A program made the translations under genes and the position numbers. Positions 54,714 to 64,000 of a DNA stretch of 64,000 nt are shown here, one piece after another (the first letter of the stretch is position 1; the number at the start of each line of letters is the position of its first letter). Origin of the DNA: an uncultured Christensenellaceae bacterium (GTDB lineage: Bacteria; Bacillota; Clostridia; Christensenellales; UBA3700). Location of the stretch: NCBI GenBank assembly GCA_944383895.1, contig CALWRH010000001.1, forward strand, positions 57,199 through 121,198, in the 5' to 3' direction. A model generated the notes under the pieces. The model was not told the origin of the DNA and searched no databases. It worked only from the letters and a program-made list of their open reading frames with translations.

Positions 54714-56755
54714 ACGATCCTCTTGAAAAGCTTATCGAGATCTTTGCGCGTGATCGCGACTATCGCGGGTCTGCCGTGCGGACATTGCACGGGCACGCCG
54801 TCTTTCATCTGCGACAGCAAAGAACGGATCTGTTCTTCTGTGAGTTTGTCTCCTGCCTTTATCGCAGATTTGCATGCCCACTGAGCAAGAGCGTCGTTTA
54901 TAAGGTCGGAATTCTTCATGTTGCCGATCTTGCCTCGCTCAGAAAATATCTTTGTAAAGAACACTCCGAGATTCATATCTCCGAGCACTTCTGGAACTGC
55001 GCTTATCTTAAAACTCAGTCCTCCGAAATCTTCTATTTCGAATCCGAGCGTTTTGAGATTGTCGCTGCAAGCGAGAATAAAATCGTGCTGAGCGTTGTCG
55101 CAATCGAGAACGTAAGGCACGAGCATCGGCTGGCTCAGGCTCTCTCTGTTGTCGGTTCTTTCGATAAGCTTATCGTAAAGAAATCTTTCATGAGCGGCAT
55201 GCTGATCGATAAGATAAACGACGCCATCCTGTTGCAGAATCAGATAGGTATTGAATATCTGTCCTATTATTTCGTATCCGCTCGAAAGGCTCTTGTCTAT
55301 TTCAGCAAAAATTTCTCCGTCATCGTATATAGAAGGCTGAACTACAGGAGCTTTGGCAATATTAAGCGAAGCATCTTTGACTTCGGGTCTTACTATTTGC
55401 GAGGCTGACTGAGTCTGAAGAGACTTTGCCTCATCGGCTTTGGCCTGCTGACGCCTGATAGCTCCGTCCAATCCTTTTACAACATCGGTTTTCTCTTCGT
55501 GGAAAAGTCCGAAATCACGGTTTTTGCCTGCTTTTATTACTGACGAAATGTCGTTGATTTTTTCCGAAAGCGACGCATTTTGTTTTTTATCTGCGTTTTC
55601 AGTTAAGAAAGAAGGGGCAGACGCTTTGACTTTTTCTGCATTTTCTTCAGAATAAGCCGGGGGTTCTATGCGATTTTCGGTTTTATGTAAATCCAAAGTA
55701 GTATCGTGTTCGGAATCAGCTTGCGAAATATGAACATCTGTTTGCATGTTGTTCAGCTTAACACTTCCCTCTTCGCTTGCAAGAGCCAGAGATACAGCAT
55801 GATAAACGCACGAGAAAACCTTATTCGAGTCGCGGAAACGCACCTCGCTTTTGCTCGGATGTACGTTTACGTCCACGTCGTCGAAAGGCATGATTATGTT
55901 TATCACGAATACGGGAAAACAACGTTTCATCAGCGATGTACCGTACGCCTGCGACGCGGCAACGCTTACGGTCTGATTCTGAACGATTCTTCCGTTTATT
56001 ATAGTCGTCTGATAGTTTTTGTTATGCTTAGAGAGTTCTCTCTTGCCCGTATATCCGTAAACGCGGTAACCGCCCGAAAAACTTTCGTCAAAATATATAA
56101 GGTTGTTTGCAATGTCGCTCGAATATATCTGGAAAACAGCGTCTTCGAGTCCTCCGACGGTATTGAATACTGCTTTGCCGTCAACGATATATCTGAAAGA
56201 AACGTCGGGATTGGACAAAATGAGCGCGCTTACCGTCTGCGTAATAAACGCCTCCTCTGCCTTAGGCTTTTTGAGAAAACGCGCTCTTACGGGAGTATTG
56301 AAAAAGAGATTTTCTACTCTGATCACCGTGCCGTCGTTGCAACCGCAAGGATATATTTCACCTATTTTCCCGCCGTTTACTTCTATCTGAGATCCGATTT
56401 CAGTATCGGAAGTCTTGGTCTTTACCGTCACCTGCGAAATAGCGGCAATCGATGCAAGCGCCTCGCCTCTGAAACCGAGCGTTGAAATTGAGTCGAGATC
56501 GCTCGCCTCTTTCAATTTGCTCGTAGCGTGAGGCAAAAAAGCTTTAGCAAGGTTTGCGGGCGTCATGCCCGAACCGTTGTCTGTAACACATATCGAGCGG
56601 ATACCTCCCTCTTCTATCTGCAGAGTTATCTTGCTTGCGCCTGCGTCTATCGCGTTTTCAATGAGCTCTTTTACTACGGAAGAAGGTCTTTCGACCACTT
56701 CGCCTGCCGAGATCAGATTGTATACGCTGCTGTCGAGTACGTTTATATCTGCCAT
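54710..56755 (-). CDS. mutL: DNA mismatch repair protein MutL
   Basis: GHKL ATPase N-terminus (IAAGEVVERP-like SAGEVVERPSSVVKELIENAIDAG, DNGSGM). C-terminal dimerisation/endonuclease region with DQHAAHERF. Confidence 0.95.
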   Translation of the reverse strand: MADINVLDSSVYNLISAGEVVERPSSVVKELIENAIDAGASKITLQIEEGGIRSICVTDNGSGMTPANLAKAFLPHATSKLKEASDLDSISTLGFRGEALASIAAISQVTVKTKTSDTEIGSQIEVNGGKIGEIYPCGCNDGTVIRVENLFFNTPVRARFLKKPKAEEAFITQTVSALILSNPDVSFRYIVDGKAVFNTVGGLEDAVFQIYSSDIANNLIYFDESFSGGYRVYGYTGKRELSKHNKNYQTTIINGRIVQNQTVSVAASQAYGTSLMKRCFPVFVINIIMPFDDVDVNVHPSKSEVRFRDSNKVFSCVYHAVSLALASEEGSVKLNNMQTDVHISQADSEHDTTLDLHKTENRIEPPAYSEENAEKVKASAPSFLTENADKKQNASLSEKINDISSVIKAGKNRDFGLFHEEKTDVVKGLDGAIRRQQAKADEAKSLQTQSASQIVRPEVKDASLNIAKAPVVQPSIYDDGEIFAEIDKSLSSGYEIIGQIFNTYLILQQDGVVYLIDQHAAHERFLYDKLIERTDNRESLSQPMLVPYVLDCDNAQHDFILACSDNLKTLGFEIEDFGGLSFKISAVPEVLGDMNLGVFFTKIFSERGKIGNMKNSDLINDALAQWACKSAIKAGDKLTEEQIRSLLSQMKDGVPVQCPHGRPAIVAITRKDLDKLFKRIV

Positions 56756-56763
56756 TATTCACC

Positions 56764-59352
56764 TCATTTAAGCGACTTTTTTACGAGCTCGCTGAGTAAC
56801 GTAAGTGCCTGCAACGGGGACATATTGTCTACGTCGAGAGTCCTTAACTCTGATACGATAGAATTCTGCTCCATCATATCTACCATATCGGGCACTCTCG
56901 ATTCGGTTTTTGCTATTTTGGATTTCTGCGCGTCGTTTTCCAGCTCTTTTGAAATGGCTTTCGCCCTCGAGATTACCTTTTGCGGCAATCCTGCAAGCTT
57001 TGCGACTTCTATGCCGAAACTCTTGTTGGTACCGCCTCTCATTATCTTGTGCAGGAATATTATACCCTTGTCTTTTTCTGCCGCAACGATTTTGTAATTT
57101 ATCGCGCCTTCGAGCGTACCCTCGAGTTCCGTAAGCTCGTGGAAATGCGTTGAGAACAACGTTTTGCAACGTATTCTCGACGTAACGTCCTCGAGCACTG
57201 CTTTGGCGATAGACAATCCGTCGAAAGTCGAAGTGCCTCTGCCTATTTCGTCAAGTATGAGAAGACTGCGCATAGTGGCGTTTTGCAAAATGGTGGCAAC
57301 TTCAACCATTTCTACCATAAACGTGCTCTGCCCGTACGCCAAGTCGTCGCTCGCTCCTATGCGGGTGAATATTCTGTCGGTAATGGCTATCTGCGCGGAT
57401 TTTGCGGGAACGAAACAACCGACGTGCGCCATAAGCGTTATGAGCGCGACCTGTCGCATATATGTGCTCTTGCCCGCCATATTCGGTCCCGTTATTATCA
57501 TGGTCCTGTTCTGATAACAATCGAGCTCTGTATCGTTAGGCACGAATTCGTCGGACTTCATCAAGGCCTCGACGACAGGATGTCTGCCGTCCTTTATGCT
57601 GATAACTTCTATATTGTCGTTTATTACGGGTTTGCAGTAATTGTTTTCAGCCGAAAGCTTTGCAAACGAAAGCAATGTATCGCACACAGCCACGGCACGT
57701 GCCGTAGACTGCAGCTGCGGTATCACTTTGAGCATCTGCAGTTTTATCTGTTCAAACAGAGCAAGCTCGAGCTTTACGCTCTTTTCTGCCGCACCGAGTA
57801 TCTTGTCCTCAATTTCCTTGAGTTCCTCGGTGATATATCTTTCGCCCGTAGTAAGGGTTTGCTTGCGGATATACCTGAACGGAACTTTGTCCACGTTGCC
57901 CTTGCTCACCTCGATGTAATAGCCGAAGACTTTGTTGTAGCCGACTTTCAGGTTTTTAATGCCTGTAGCTTCTTTTTCGTCGTTTTCGAGCTTGGCAAGC
58001 CAGCTTTTGCCGTCCGTGCCGGCATTTCTGTAACCGTCGAGCTCACCGCTGTACCCCTCGCGTATAAAACCTCCGTCTTTTGTCAGTACGGGCGGATTGT
58101 CCTTGAGCATATCGGACAACATGTTGTATTCGCTTTCAAGCTCGAACATATTGTCTTTCAGAGAAAGCAGCGTTTTATCAGAGCAAAGATTCAACGTTTG
58201 TTTCAGCGCGGGGATTACCTCGAGAGATTGTTTTATTGCAATAAAGTCGCGCGGAGAAGGATTGCCGTAAACGAGTTTAGTCGACAGCCTTTCAAGGTCT
58301 TTAACTAATCCTATGGATTCGTCGAGATTGCTCCTGACTCTGCCCGAGCGGATAAGCTCTTCAACTGCGTCGAGTCTTTTGTTTATCTCCTTTTCGTCGC
58401 GGAGCGGCTGTTCCAGCCAACGACGCAGATTGCGCGCGCCCATAGACGTCCTCGTCTTGTCCATTACTTTGAGAAGCGTAGCGCGCGTTGAACCGTCGCG
58501 CGCGTTCTGCGTTATCTCGAGGTTGCGACGTGCAGTCGCATCAAGAACCATATATCTCTCGTTGCGGACGTATCTTATGCCCGACATATGCGACAGCGCG
58601 CGTTTTTGCGTTTCCTTAAGATATGTACAAAGCGCGCCCGCCGCCATGATGCAGGCTTTTTTGTCTTTTATCTCGAACATTTCAAGACTCGCGACACCGA
58701 ACTGCTCTTTCAGCGATCTTTCCGCATTGGAAAGTTCGAAACTCCACTCGTTGTAATTCTGAAATTTAGGTAGTTTTGAAAGTCGCATCTGAGATACGTT
58801 TTCCAATAGCGAGAGAGTTTCTGCGTTGCAGATGATCTCTGCGGGATTTACAGTGATCAGAGCGTCCTCGATCGAAGAGAAATCGTCGAGTTCTTTTTCA
58901 AGAGTACAGAACTCTCCCGTAGAAACGTCAGCCCATGCAAGCGCGAAAGTCTTTTTGTTTACCGCAACGCTTACGAGATAATTGTTCTTTTTATCGTCAA
59001 GTATGTCGTCTTCTATTACCGTACCGGGCGTTATTACGCGGATAACGTCGCGCTCCAACATGCCTTTGCTTTCTTCGGGGGACGTGAGCTGTTCGCATAT
59101 GGCTACCTTGTAACCTTGAGAAATAAGCTTGGAAATATAACCGTCCACGGCATGATACGGTACGCCGCACATCGGTGCTCTCTGCTCGAGTCCGCAATCT
59201 CTGCCCGTTAGCGTAAGATCGAGTACTTCGCTGGCGAGTTTTGCGTCGTCGAAAAACATTTCGTAAAAATCTCCCAACCTGAACAGGAGGATCGCGTCTT
59301 TATAATTCTCCTTTACGCTGAGATAGTATTTCATCATAGGTGAAAGTGCCAT
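56764..59352 (-). CDS. mutS: DNA mismatch repair protein MutS
   Basis: N-terminal mismatch-binding motif FRLGDFYEMFFDDA, Walker A GPNMAGKST, DEIGRGTST. Confidence 0.97.
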   Translation of the reverse strand: MALSPMMKYYLSVKENYKDAILLFRLGDFYEMFFDDAKLASEVLDLTLTGRDCGLEQRAPMCGVPYHAVDGYISKLISQGYKVAICEQLTSPEESKGMLERDVIRVITPGTVIEDDILDDKKNNYLVSVAVNKKTFALAWADVSTGEFCTLEKELDDFSSIEDALITVNPAEIICNAETLSLLENVSQMRLSKLPKFQNYNEWSFELSNAERSLKEQFGVASLEMFEIKDKKACIMAAGALCTYLKETQKRALSHMSGIRYVRNERYMVLDATARRNLEITQNARDGSTRATLLKVMDKTRTSMGARNLRRWLEQPLRDEKEINKRLDAVEELIRSGRVRSNLDESIGLVKDLERLSTKLVYGNPSPRDFIAIKQSLEVIPALKQTLNLCSDKTLLSLKDNMFELESEYNMLSDMLKDNPPVLTKDGGFIREGYSGELDGYRNAGTDGKSWLAKLENDEKEATGIKNLKVGYNKVFGYYIEVSKGNVDKVPFRYIRKQTLTTGERYITEELKEIEDKILGAAEKSVKLELALFEQIKLQMLKVIPQLQSTARAVAVCDTLLSFAKLSAENNYCKPVINDNIEVISIKDGRHPVVEALMKSDEFVPNDTELDCYQNRTMIITGPNMAGKSTYMRQVALITLMAHVGCFVPAKSAQIAITDRIFTRIGASDDLAYGQSTFMVEMVEVATILQNATMRSLLILDEIGRGTSTFDGLSIAKAVLEDVTSRIRCKTLFSTHFHELTELEGTLEGAINYKIVAAEKDKGIIFLHKIMRGGTNKSFGIEVAKLAGLPQKVISRAKAISKELENDAQKSKIAKTESRVPDMVDMMEQNSIVSELRTLDVDNMSPLQALTLLSELVKKSLK

Positions 59353-59353
59353 T

Positions 59354-60676
59354 TTATTCCTCCGTTTCGCCGAAAAGCGATGCCGATTGAGAGCGCGTTA
59401 TCCTAACGTTGCAGAACTTTCCGATAAGATCGGATCCTCCTGCAAACGTTACGAGCCTTCCGCTGTCTGTTCTGCCGCACACGCAGCCTTTTTTCGTAGG
59501 TGACAGATCTTCGCAAAGCACCTCGAATACTTTGTTTTCGTATTCTTTCGACAATTCCTTGGTTATCCTGTTCTGCGCGGCGATAAGCCTCATTATCCTG
59601 TCTTTTGCAACGAGCGGATCGACCTGCGGCATTTCAGCAGCGGGAGTTCCCTTCCTCACTGAATATACGAAAGTAAACGCATTGCTGTATCTTACTTTCT
59701 CCACGAGATCGAGCGTGTCGAGAAAATCGCTTTCTTCTTCATACGGAAAACCGACCATAATATCAGTCGTAATGCCGCAATCGGGCAGCTTTTCTCTTAT
59801 TGCCGCGACTGTGTCGAGATAATAATCTCTCGTATAATGTCTGTTCATCAGTTTGAGAATCTTATCGGATCCGGACTGCACAGGCAGATGTATATTGTTG
59901 CAGATATTGGGATAAGCGGCGATAACGTCGATAAGCCCGCGGTTGAAATCTTTGGGATGCGACGTCATAAACCTTATGCGGTGCTTGCCCTCAACTTTCG
60001 CCAGGTCTTCGAGGAGCTGCGCAAAACCGTAAGAATTTCCGTAAATGTCTTTTCCGTAAGAATTGACGTTCTGACCCAAAAGCGTTATTTCTTTATAACC
60101 TTCGTCTACAAGACGTTTGAATTCGTCTATAATAGCCTCTTTCGTACGACTGCGCTCTCTTCCTCTGACGTAAGGAACGATGCAGTATGTACAGAAGTTG
60201 TTGCATCCGTACATGATATTGAGCCATGCATTGGTGCCGCTCGTTCTGTAAAATGTTTCGTTCTCGTTTATGGGCGGCAGTTCGTTATCGTCAATGTCGA
60301 CGTATTTGGCGCGGCTTGCGGCAACAGACGGTATGTAGGTTTCGAGCAGCGCAAGATTGGACGTGCCGAGAACTATGTCAATAAACGGAAACTTCTCTTT
60401 CAAAGCTCTTCCCGCTCCGTCCTGCTGCGTCATGCAACCCACGACGGCGACTATCATGTCGGGATTTTTCTTTTTCTCGGTCTTCATCATGCCGATATGA
60501 CCCGTCGCTTTGCGCTCCGCATTGTCGCGTATACAACAGGTATTGAAGACGACGACGTCTGCGTCTTCTCCTTCATTTGCCTCAATGTAACCGAGTTTTG
60601 TCAATATGCCCGCGATCTTTTCGGATTCGTGCACGTTCATCTGACATCCGTAAGTAATTATCCTGTATTTTTGCAT
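59354..60676 (-). CDS. miaB: tRNA-i6A37 methylthiotransferase MiaB
   Basis: YGCQMN UPF0004 motif, radical-SAM CNNFCTYCIVP, C-terminal TRAM. ATG at 60676 (MQKYRIITYGCQMN) is used rather than the 124-codon upstream extension in the ORF track. Confidence 0.93.
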   Translation of the reverse strand: MQKYRIITYGCQMNVHESEKIAGILTKLGYIEANEGEDADVVVFNTCCIRDNAERKATGHIGMMKTEKKKNPDMIVAVVGCMTQQDGAGRALKEKFPFIDIVLGTSNLALLETYIPSVAASRAKYVDIDDNELPPINENETFYRTSGTNAWLNIMYGCNNFCTYCIVPYVRGRERSRTKEAIIDEFKRLVDEGYKEITLLGQNVNSYGKDIYGNSYGFAQLLEDLAKVEGKHRIRFMTSHPKDFNRGLIDVIAAYPNICNNIHLPVQSGSDKILKLMNRHYTRDYYLDTVAAIREKLPDCGITTDIMVGFPYEEESDFLDTLDLVEKVRYSNAFTFVYSVRKGTPAAEMPQVDPLVAKDRIMRLIAAQNRITKELSKEYENKVFEVLCEDLSPTKKGCVCGRTDSGRLVTFAGGSDLIGKFCNVRITRSQSASLFGETEE

Positions 60677-60736
60677 ATAACAATTATAACGAAAAACGGG
60701 TGAAAACTCAAATAAAAACGTGGGTAAATAATAAAT

Positions 60737-62998
60737 ATGCGTGCAAATAAAGAAAATAAAATATCTTTTGCAAAAAAAGTCGTAAGCGGCATAGCGATAT
60801 CGGTAGCCGTAGTTATACTTTTCACCGTTATAACGATAGCTGGGCTCGTGATTTACGTTCACAGCGACGCGGATATCGATAAAGACAAATTGGTGTTGGA
60901 AAATTCTATGCCCGAGGTCTACGACGCTGCGGGAAATCTTACTATTTACTGCGAAGCGAGCGAAAATAACGTAGATATATCCGAAGTTCCCGACTGCCTG
61001 AAAGACGCTTTTATCGCTCTCGAAGACAAACGGTTTTACGACCATCACGGCGTGGACTACATCCGTGTTTTAGGTGCTCTTGCCGCAAACATAAAAAGCG
61101 GCAGCCGCGCTCAGGGCGGATCGACGATAACTCAGCAGATCGCCAAAAACGCTTTTTTATCCAGCGAAAAGAGCTTTTCGAGAAAGCTTAAAGAAGCAAG
61201 ACTTGCGATTTCTCTCGAAAGACGCATGAGCAAAGACGAGATCCTCGAAACCTATCTCAACATGCTCTACTTCGGTTCAGGAGAATACGGCGTTAAAAAC
61301 GCCGCGCGCAGATTTTTCGGCATCGAGGTGAGCGAACTGACGGTTGCCCAGTCCGCAATGCTCGCAGGTATAGTAAAAAGTCCGACGAAATACAATCCTA
61401 TAAACAATTACGAAAACGCTCTGAAACGCTCAAAACTCGTACTTTCTCTTATGAAAGAGCAAGGAAAAATCAGTGAGTCAGAATACAATACTGCTTTGAA
61501 CGAAAAAATCGTCATCACAGACGATAAAAGCGCATTGATGTTCGATAAAACCTACGTTGTCAACGCATTATCCGAGGCGTGCTCCGTACTCGGTATAGAC
61601 GAGAAAGAATTGAGAGTACGCGGATATAAAATATACTCTTATCTTGACACCGAAAGGCAGCAGGCTCTCAAAGATATAGTAGACGACAAGGCGTATTACA
61701 GCGACGATAACGCGTTATGCGCCGCAATCGACGCAGATGTGGCAACAGGTGGCATACGCGCGGCTTACTCAAATTTTTCCGTTGATTTTTCATCTTTCAG
61801 AAGACAATCCGGCTCTACGTTGAAACCGATTGTATGCTACGCCCCTGCGTTCGACAGCGGACTTTTGTCGCTTGCAAGCGTGCTGGAAGATTCTCCGACG
61901 GATTTCGGCGGATATTCTCCTAAAAACTACGGAGAAAAATATTACGGAAAAGTATCGGTTCGCGACGCGCTTGCTTATTCTCTGAATATTCCTGCCGTGA
62001 GCACGTTAACGACAATAGGCGTTCAGAACGGATACGAAACTCTGAAATCTCTAGGCTTTTCACTTTCCGAAGACGACGATAATCTGTCGCTCGCACTAGG
62101 AAGCACTTCAAGAGGCACAACATTTACCGAGCTCATAGGCGGATATAGCGCTCTTGCATCAGGAGGTTTATACAAAAAAGCGACTTTTATCAAATATGTC
62201 ACGGATGCAGACGGGAATATCGTGTACGAAAATAATGAAGTTTCACCCAAAAAAGTCTTTTCAGAACAAAGCGCATATATGACTACCGATGCTCTGACAG
62301 CTTGTGCGAAATACGGAACGGCAAAAAAATTGTCTTCATTGCCCTTTCAGATCGCATCTAAAACAGGTACGGTAGCCGCAAAAGACGGCAACGCTGACGC
62401 CTACAATATAAGCTATACCTCCGACGCCTGCGTTCTTTTCTGGCAAGGATCGGAAAGATACAACAATCCGTTGTCTTCGAAAATCACGGGCGGAGGACTG
62501 CCTACTCTGATGTGTAAAAATTATATGACTAAGCTTTACTCGGACAATATACCTGAAGACTTTGTCAGACCTGACAGCATAACAGAGGTAAATCTAGATA
62601 AAATCGCGCTCGAAAACGGAAAACTCGTCATTGCGTCAGACAAAGCTCCGTCAGAATTCGTGACTAAAGACATTTTCGACGTCAGATACCTTCCTGCCGA
62701 GAAAGATAATTCTTTCGACTATCCGTCCGCTAAAGCGCTCAATGCAATAAGCCAAGACGGAAAAATAAGCATTACCTTCACATCAGACCCTCATCTCAGC
62801 TACAAAGTTATAAAAAAATCTCTGTTCGTCGACGACAAGATCATCCTTACAGTCGAAGGCAAAGACGGCGAAGTCAGCGTAAGCGATACACCCGACGGTC
62901 TTCTCGGCTATAACCGCTATGTCGTAGTCCCGTACTACATTGACGACGACGGCAGAGAAACGATAGGAGAAATTTATCAGATCCCCGTAGGCTGGTAA
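60737..62998 (+). CDS. Class A penicillin-binding protein (glycosyltransferase + transpeptidase)
   Basis: GT51 motifs EDKRFYDHHGVD, GGSTITQQ, RKLKE. Transpeptidase SGSTLKP (SxxK), SLN and KTGT. Confidence 0.9.
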   Translation: MRANKENKISFAKKVVSGIAISVAVVILFTVITIAGLVIYVHSDADIDKDKLVLENSMPEVYDAAGNLTIYCEASENNVDISEVPDCLKDAFIALEDKRFYDHHGVDYIRVLGALAANIKSGSRAQGGSTITQQIAKNAFLSSEKSFSRKLKEARLAISLERRMSKDEILETYLNMLYFGSGEYGVKNAARRFFGIEVSELTVAQSAMLAGIVKSPTKYNPINNYENALKRSKLVLSLMKEQGKISESEYNTALNEKIVITDDKSALMFDKTYVVNALSEACSVLGIDEKELRVRGYKIYSYLDTERQQALKDIVDDKAYYSDDNALCAAIDADVATGGIRAAYSNFSVDFSSFRRQSGSTLKPIVCYAPAFDSGLLSLASVLEDSPTDFGGYSPKNYGEKYYGKVSVRDALAYSLNIPAVSTLTTIGVQNGYETLKSLGFSLSEDDDNLSLALGSTSRGTTFTELIGGYSALASGGLYKKATFIKYVTDADGNIVYENNEVSPKKVFSEQSAYMTTDALTACAKYGTAKKLSSLPFQIASKTGTVAAKDGNADAYNISYTSDACVLFWQGSERYNNPLSSKITGGGLPTLMCKNYMTKLYSDNIPEDFVRPDSITEVNLDKIALENGKLVIASDKAPSEFVTKDIFDVRYLPAEKDNSFDYPSAKALNAISQDGKISITFTSDPHLSYKVIKKSLFVDDKIILTVEGKDGEVSVSDTPDGLLGYNRYVVVPYYIDDDGRETIGEIYQIPVGW

Positions 62999-63056
62999 TT
63001 ATTATGAATTAAAGCGATTTTTATAACAATTCTCTGCTCAAACAGCAAAAAACGAT

Positions 63057-63084
63057 AAAAAACGCGGCAAAATGCCGCGTTTTC
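63057..63084. terminator. Bidirectional terminator between the PBP gene and thiI
   Basis: A-run-AACGCGGCA-aaa-TGCCGCGTT-T-run. Confidence 0.75.
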
Positions 63085-63100
63085 TGCTATTTCAATAAAA

Positions 63101-64000
63101 TTATCTTTCGGGTTTCAGATCAATAACTTCTATACCGTTTATAGCGTCGGAAATAAGAGTTTCGAGGTCGTCTATCTTATCTTGTTCTTTCTTTGCTATT
63201 TCGAGCGACGGCTTTATAACGGGATTTTTCGGCAGGAATACCGTGCAGCAATCCTGGTAAGGAAGTTCGCTGAGTTTATAAGTTCCTATCTCCTCCGCCG
63301 TCTTCATTATTTCGTATTTATCCATGCCGATTAGAGGTCTGAATACGGGCAACTTTTCTACCGCGTCGTTTGTTACGGTAAGGCTCTGAAGAGTCTGGCT
63401 CGCCACTTGTCCGAGGCTTTCTCCGGTTATCAATGCTCCGCAATTATTCGACTCCGCAACTCTCTCCGCTATATCTATCATGATTCGGCGCATTATCGTT
63501 ATCATATAATCCGCGCGGCATTTTTCGTGTATAGCAAACTGTATCTGCGTAAACGGTACTACGAAAAGCTTTATATTTCCCGCATACTGCGTGAGTATCC
63601 GAGCAAGATCCACGACTTTCTGCTTTGCCTGCTCGCTTGTGTACGGAAAGCTGTGATAATGTATAGCGCATATCTGCATACCGCGGCGCGCCATACGGTA
63701 TCCTGCGACGGGAGAATCGAAACCGCCGCTGAGCAGCAACATACCTTTTCCCGAGCAGCCTACGGGCATGCCCTGCGCGCATTCTTCGCTGCCGCAGAAA
63801 ACGTAGGAATAACCCTTTTCTCTTATGTCGATTTTTATCTCGAGCTTAGGCCTGTGAAGATCTACCTTATAGCCTTTTCTGTGTTTGAGAACGTATGCTC
63901 CCACGTCTGCGCCTATCTCAGCAGAGTTTTTATCGAGAGATTTATCCGCTCTGTTGACGGTTATCCTGAAAGTAGTGTTTACGTCAGGAGCATAATCGAG
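63101..64000 (-). CDS. thiI: tRNA 4-thiouridine synthase ThiI (5' end beyond the window)
   Basis: PP-loop SGGFDSPVAGY. The frame stays open upstream of the listed Met to base 64000 (LDYAPDVNTTFRITVNRADKSL..., THUMP-like). Confidence 0.85.
   Translation of the reverse strand, partial: LDYAPDVNTTFRITVNRADKSLDKNSAEIGADVGAYVLKHRKGYKVDLHRPKLEIKIDIREKGYSYVFCGSEECAQGMPVGCSGKGMLLLSGGFDSPVAGYRMARRGMQICAIHYHSFPYTSEQAKQKVVDLARILTQYAGNIKLFVVPFTQIQFAIHEKCRADYMITIMRRIMIDIAERVAESNNCGALITGESLGQVASQTLQSLTVTNDAVEKLPVFRPLIGMDKYEIMKTAEEIGTYKLSELPYQDCCTVFLPKNPVIKPSLEIAKKEQDKIDDLETLISDAINGIEVIDLKPER

Noticed and set aside
60677-61048. The 124-codon N-terminal extension of the miaB ORF, and similar extensions of cdsA (8988), spoIIIAE (28007), spoIIIAF (29185), folD (31794) and rnhA (45325).
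   Set aside because: The extensions overlap the upstream gene or promoter and have junk-like composition. Internal ATGs give the canonical N-termini and typical ATGA or short-overlap coupling.

Overview
The window is a chromosomal segment from an endospore-forming Firmicute, probably Clostridia-like, since it carries a complete spoIIIAA-AH operon and spoIVB. Most of it is conserved core genome. Bases 1-42,554 hold 48 consecutive plus-strand CDS in two classical syntenic blocks. Block one is rarA, an ABC exporter, ruvX, rpsB-tsf-pyrH-frr-uppS-cdsA-dxr-rseP-ispG, a PolC-like gene, rimP-nusA-ylxR-ylxQ-infB-rbfA-nrnA-truB-ribF. Block two is efp, spoIIIAA-AH, asp23, nusB-folD-xseAB-ispA, a membrane protein, dxs-tlyA-nadK-argR-recN-spoIVB. 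Coding polarity then becomes mixed: purB(-), tRNA-Trp, proC-rnhA, a TVP38-family membrane protein, a membrane-anchored PadR fusion(-), a XerS-like tyrosine recombinase, lexA, then miaB-mutS-mutL-miaA-ynbB on the minus strand, a class A PBP, and a partial thiI(-). No CRISPR array, IS element, prophage or recognisable defence system was seen. The unusual material lies in six places. (1) A 528-aa PolC-derived N-terminal/OB/exonuclease protein with no PHP or polymerase domains occupies the polC synteny slot. (2) A gene-free tract of about 540 bp downstream of lexA carries four LexA-box-like palindromes arranged on an 85-bp tandem repeat scaffold. (3) A 1.2-kb AT-rich gene desert lies between the PadR fusion and the recombinase, with an orphan extended -10 promoter and hairpins. 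(4) The XerS-like recombinase may itself be SOS-linked and sits at a polarity switch that could mark the replication terminus. (5) An element of about 80 bp is duplicated behind tRNA-Trp. (6) Consensus promoters abut the ATG of rarA and nadK, which suggests leaderless mRNAs. All calls come from reading the sequence and ORF translations by eye. No database search, fold computation or statistics were run.
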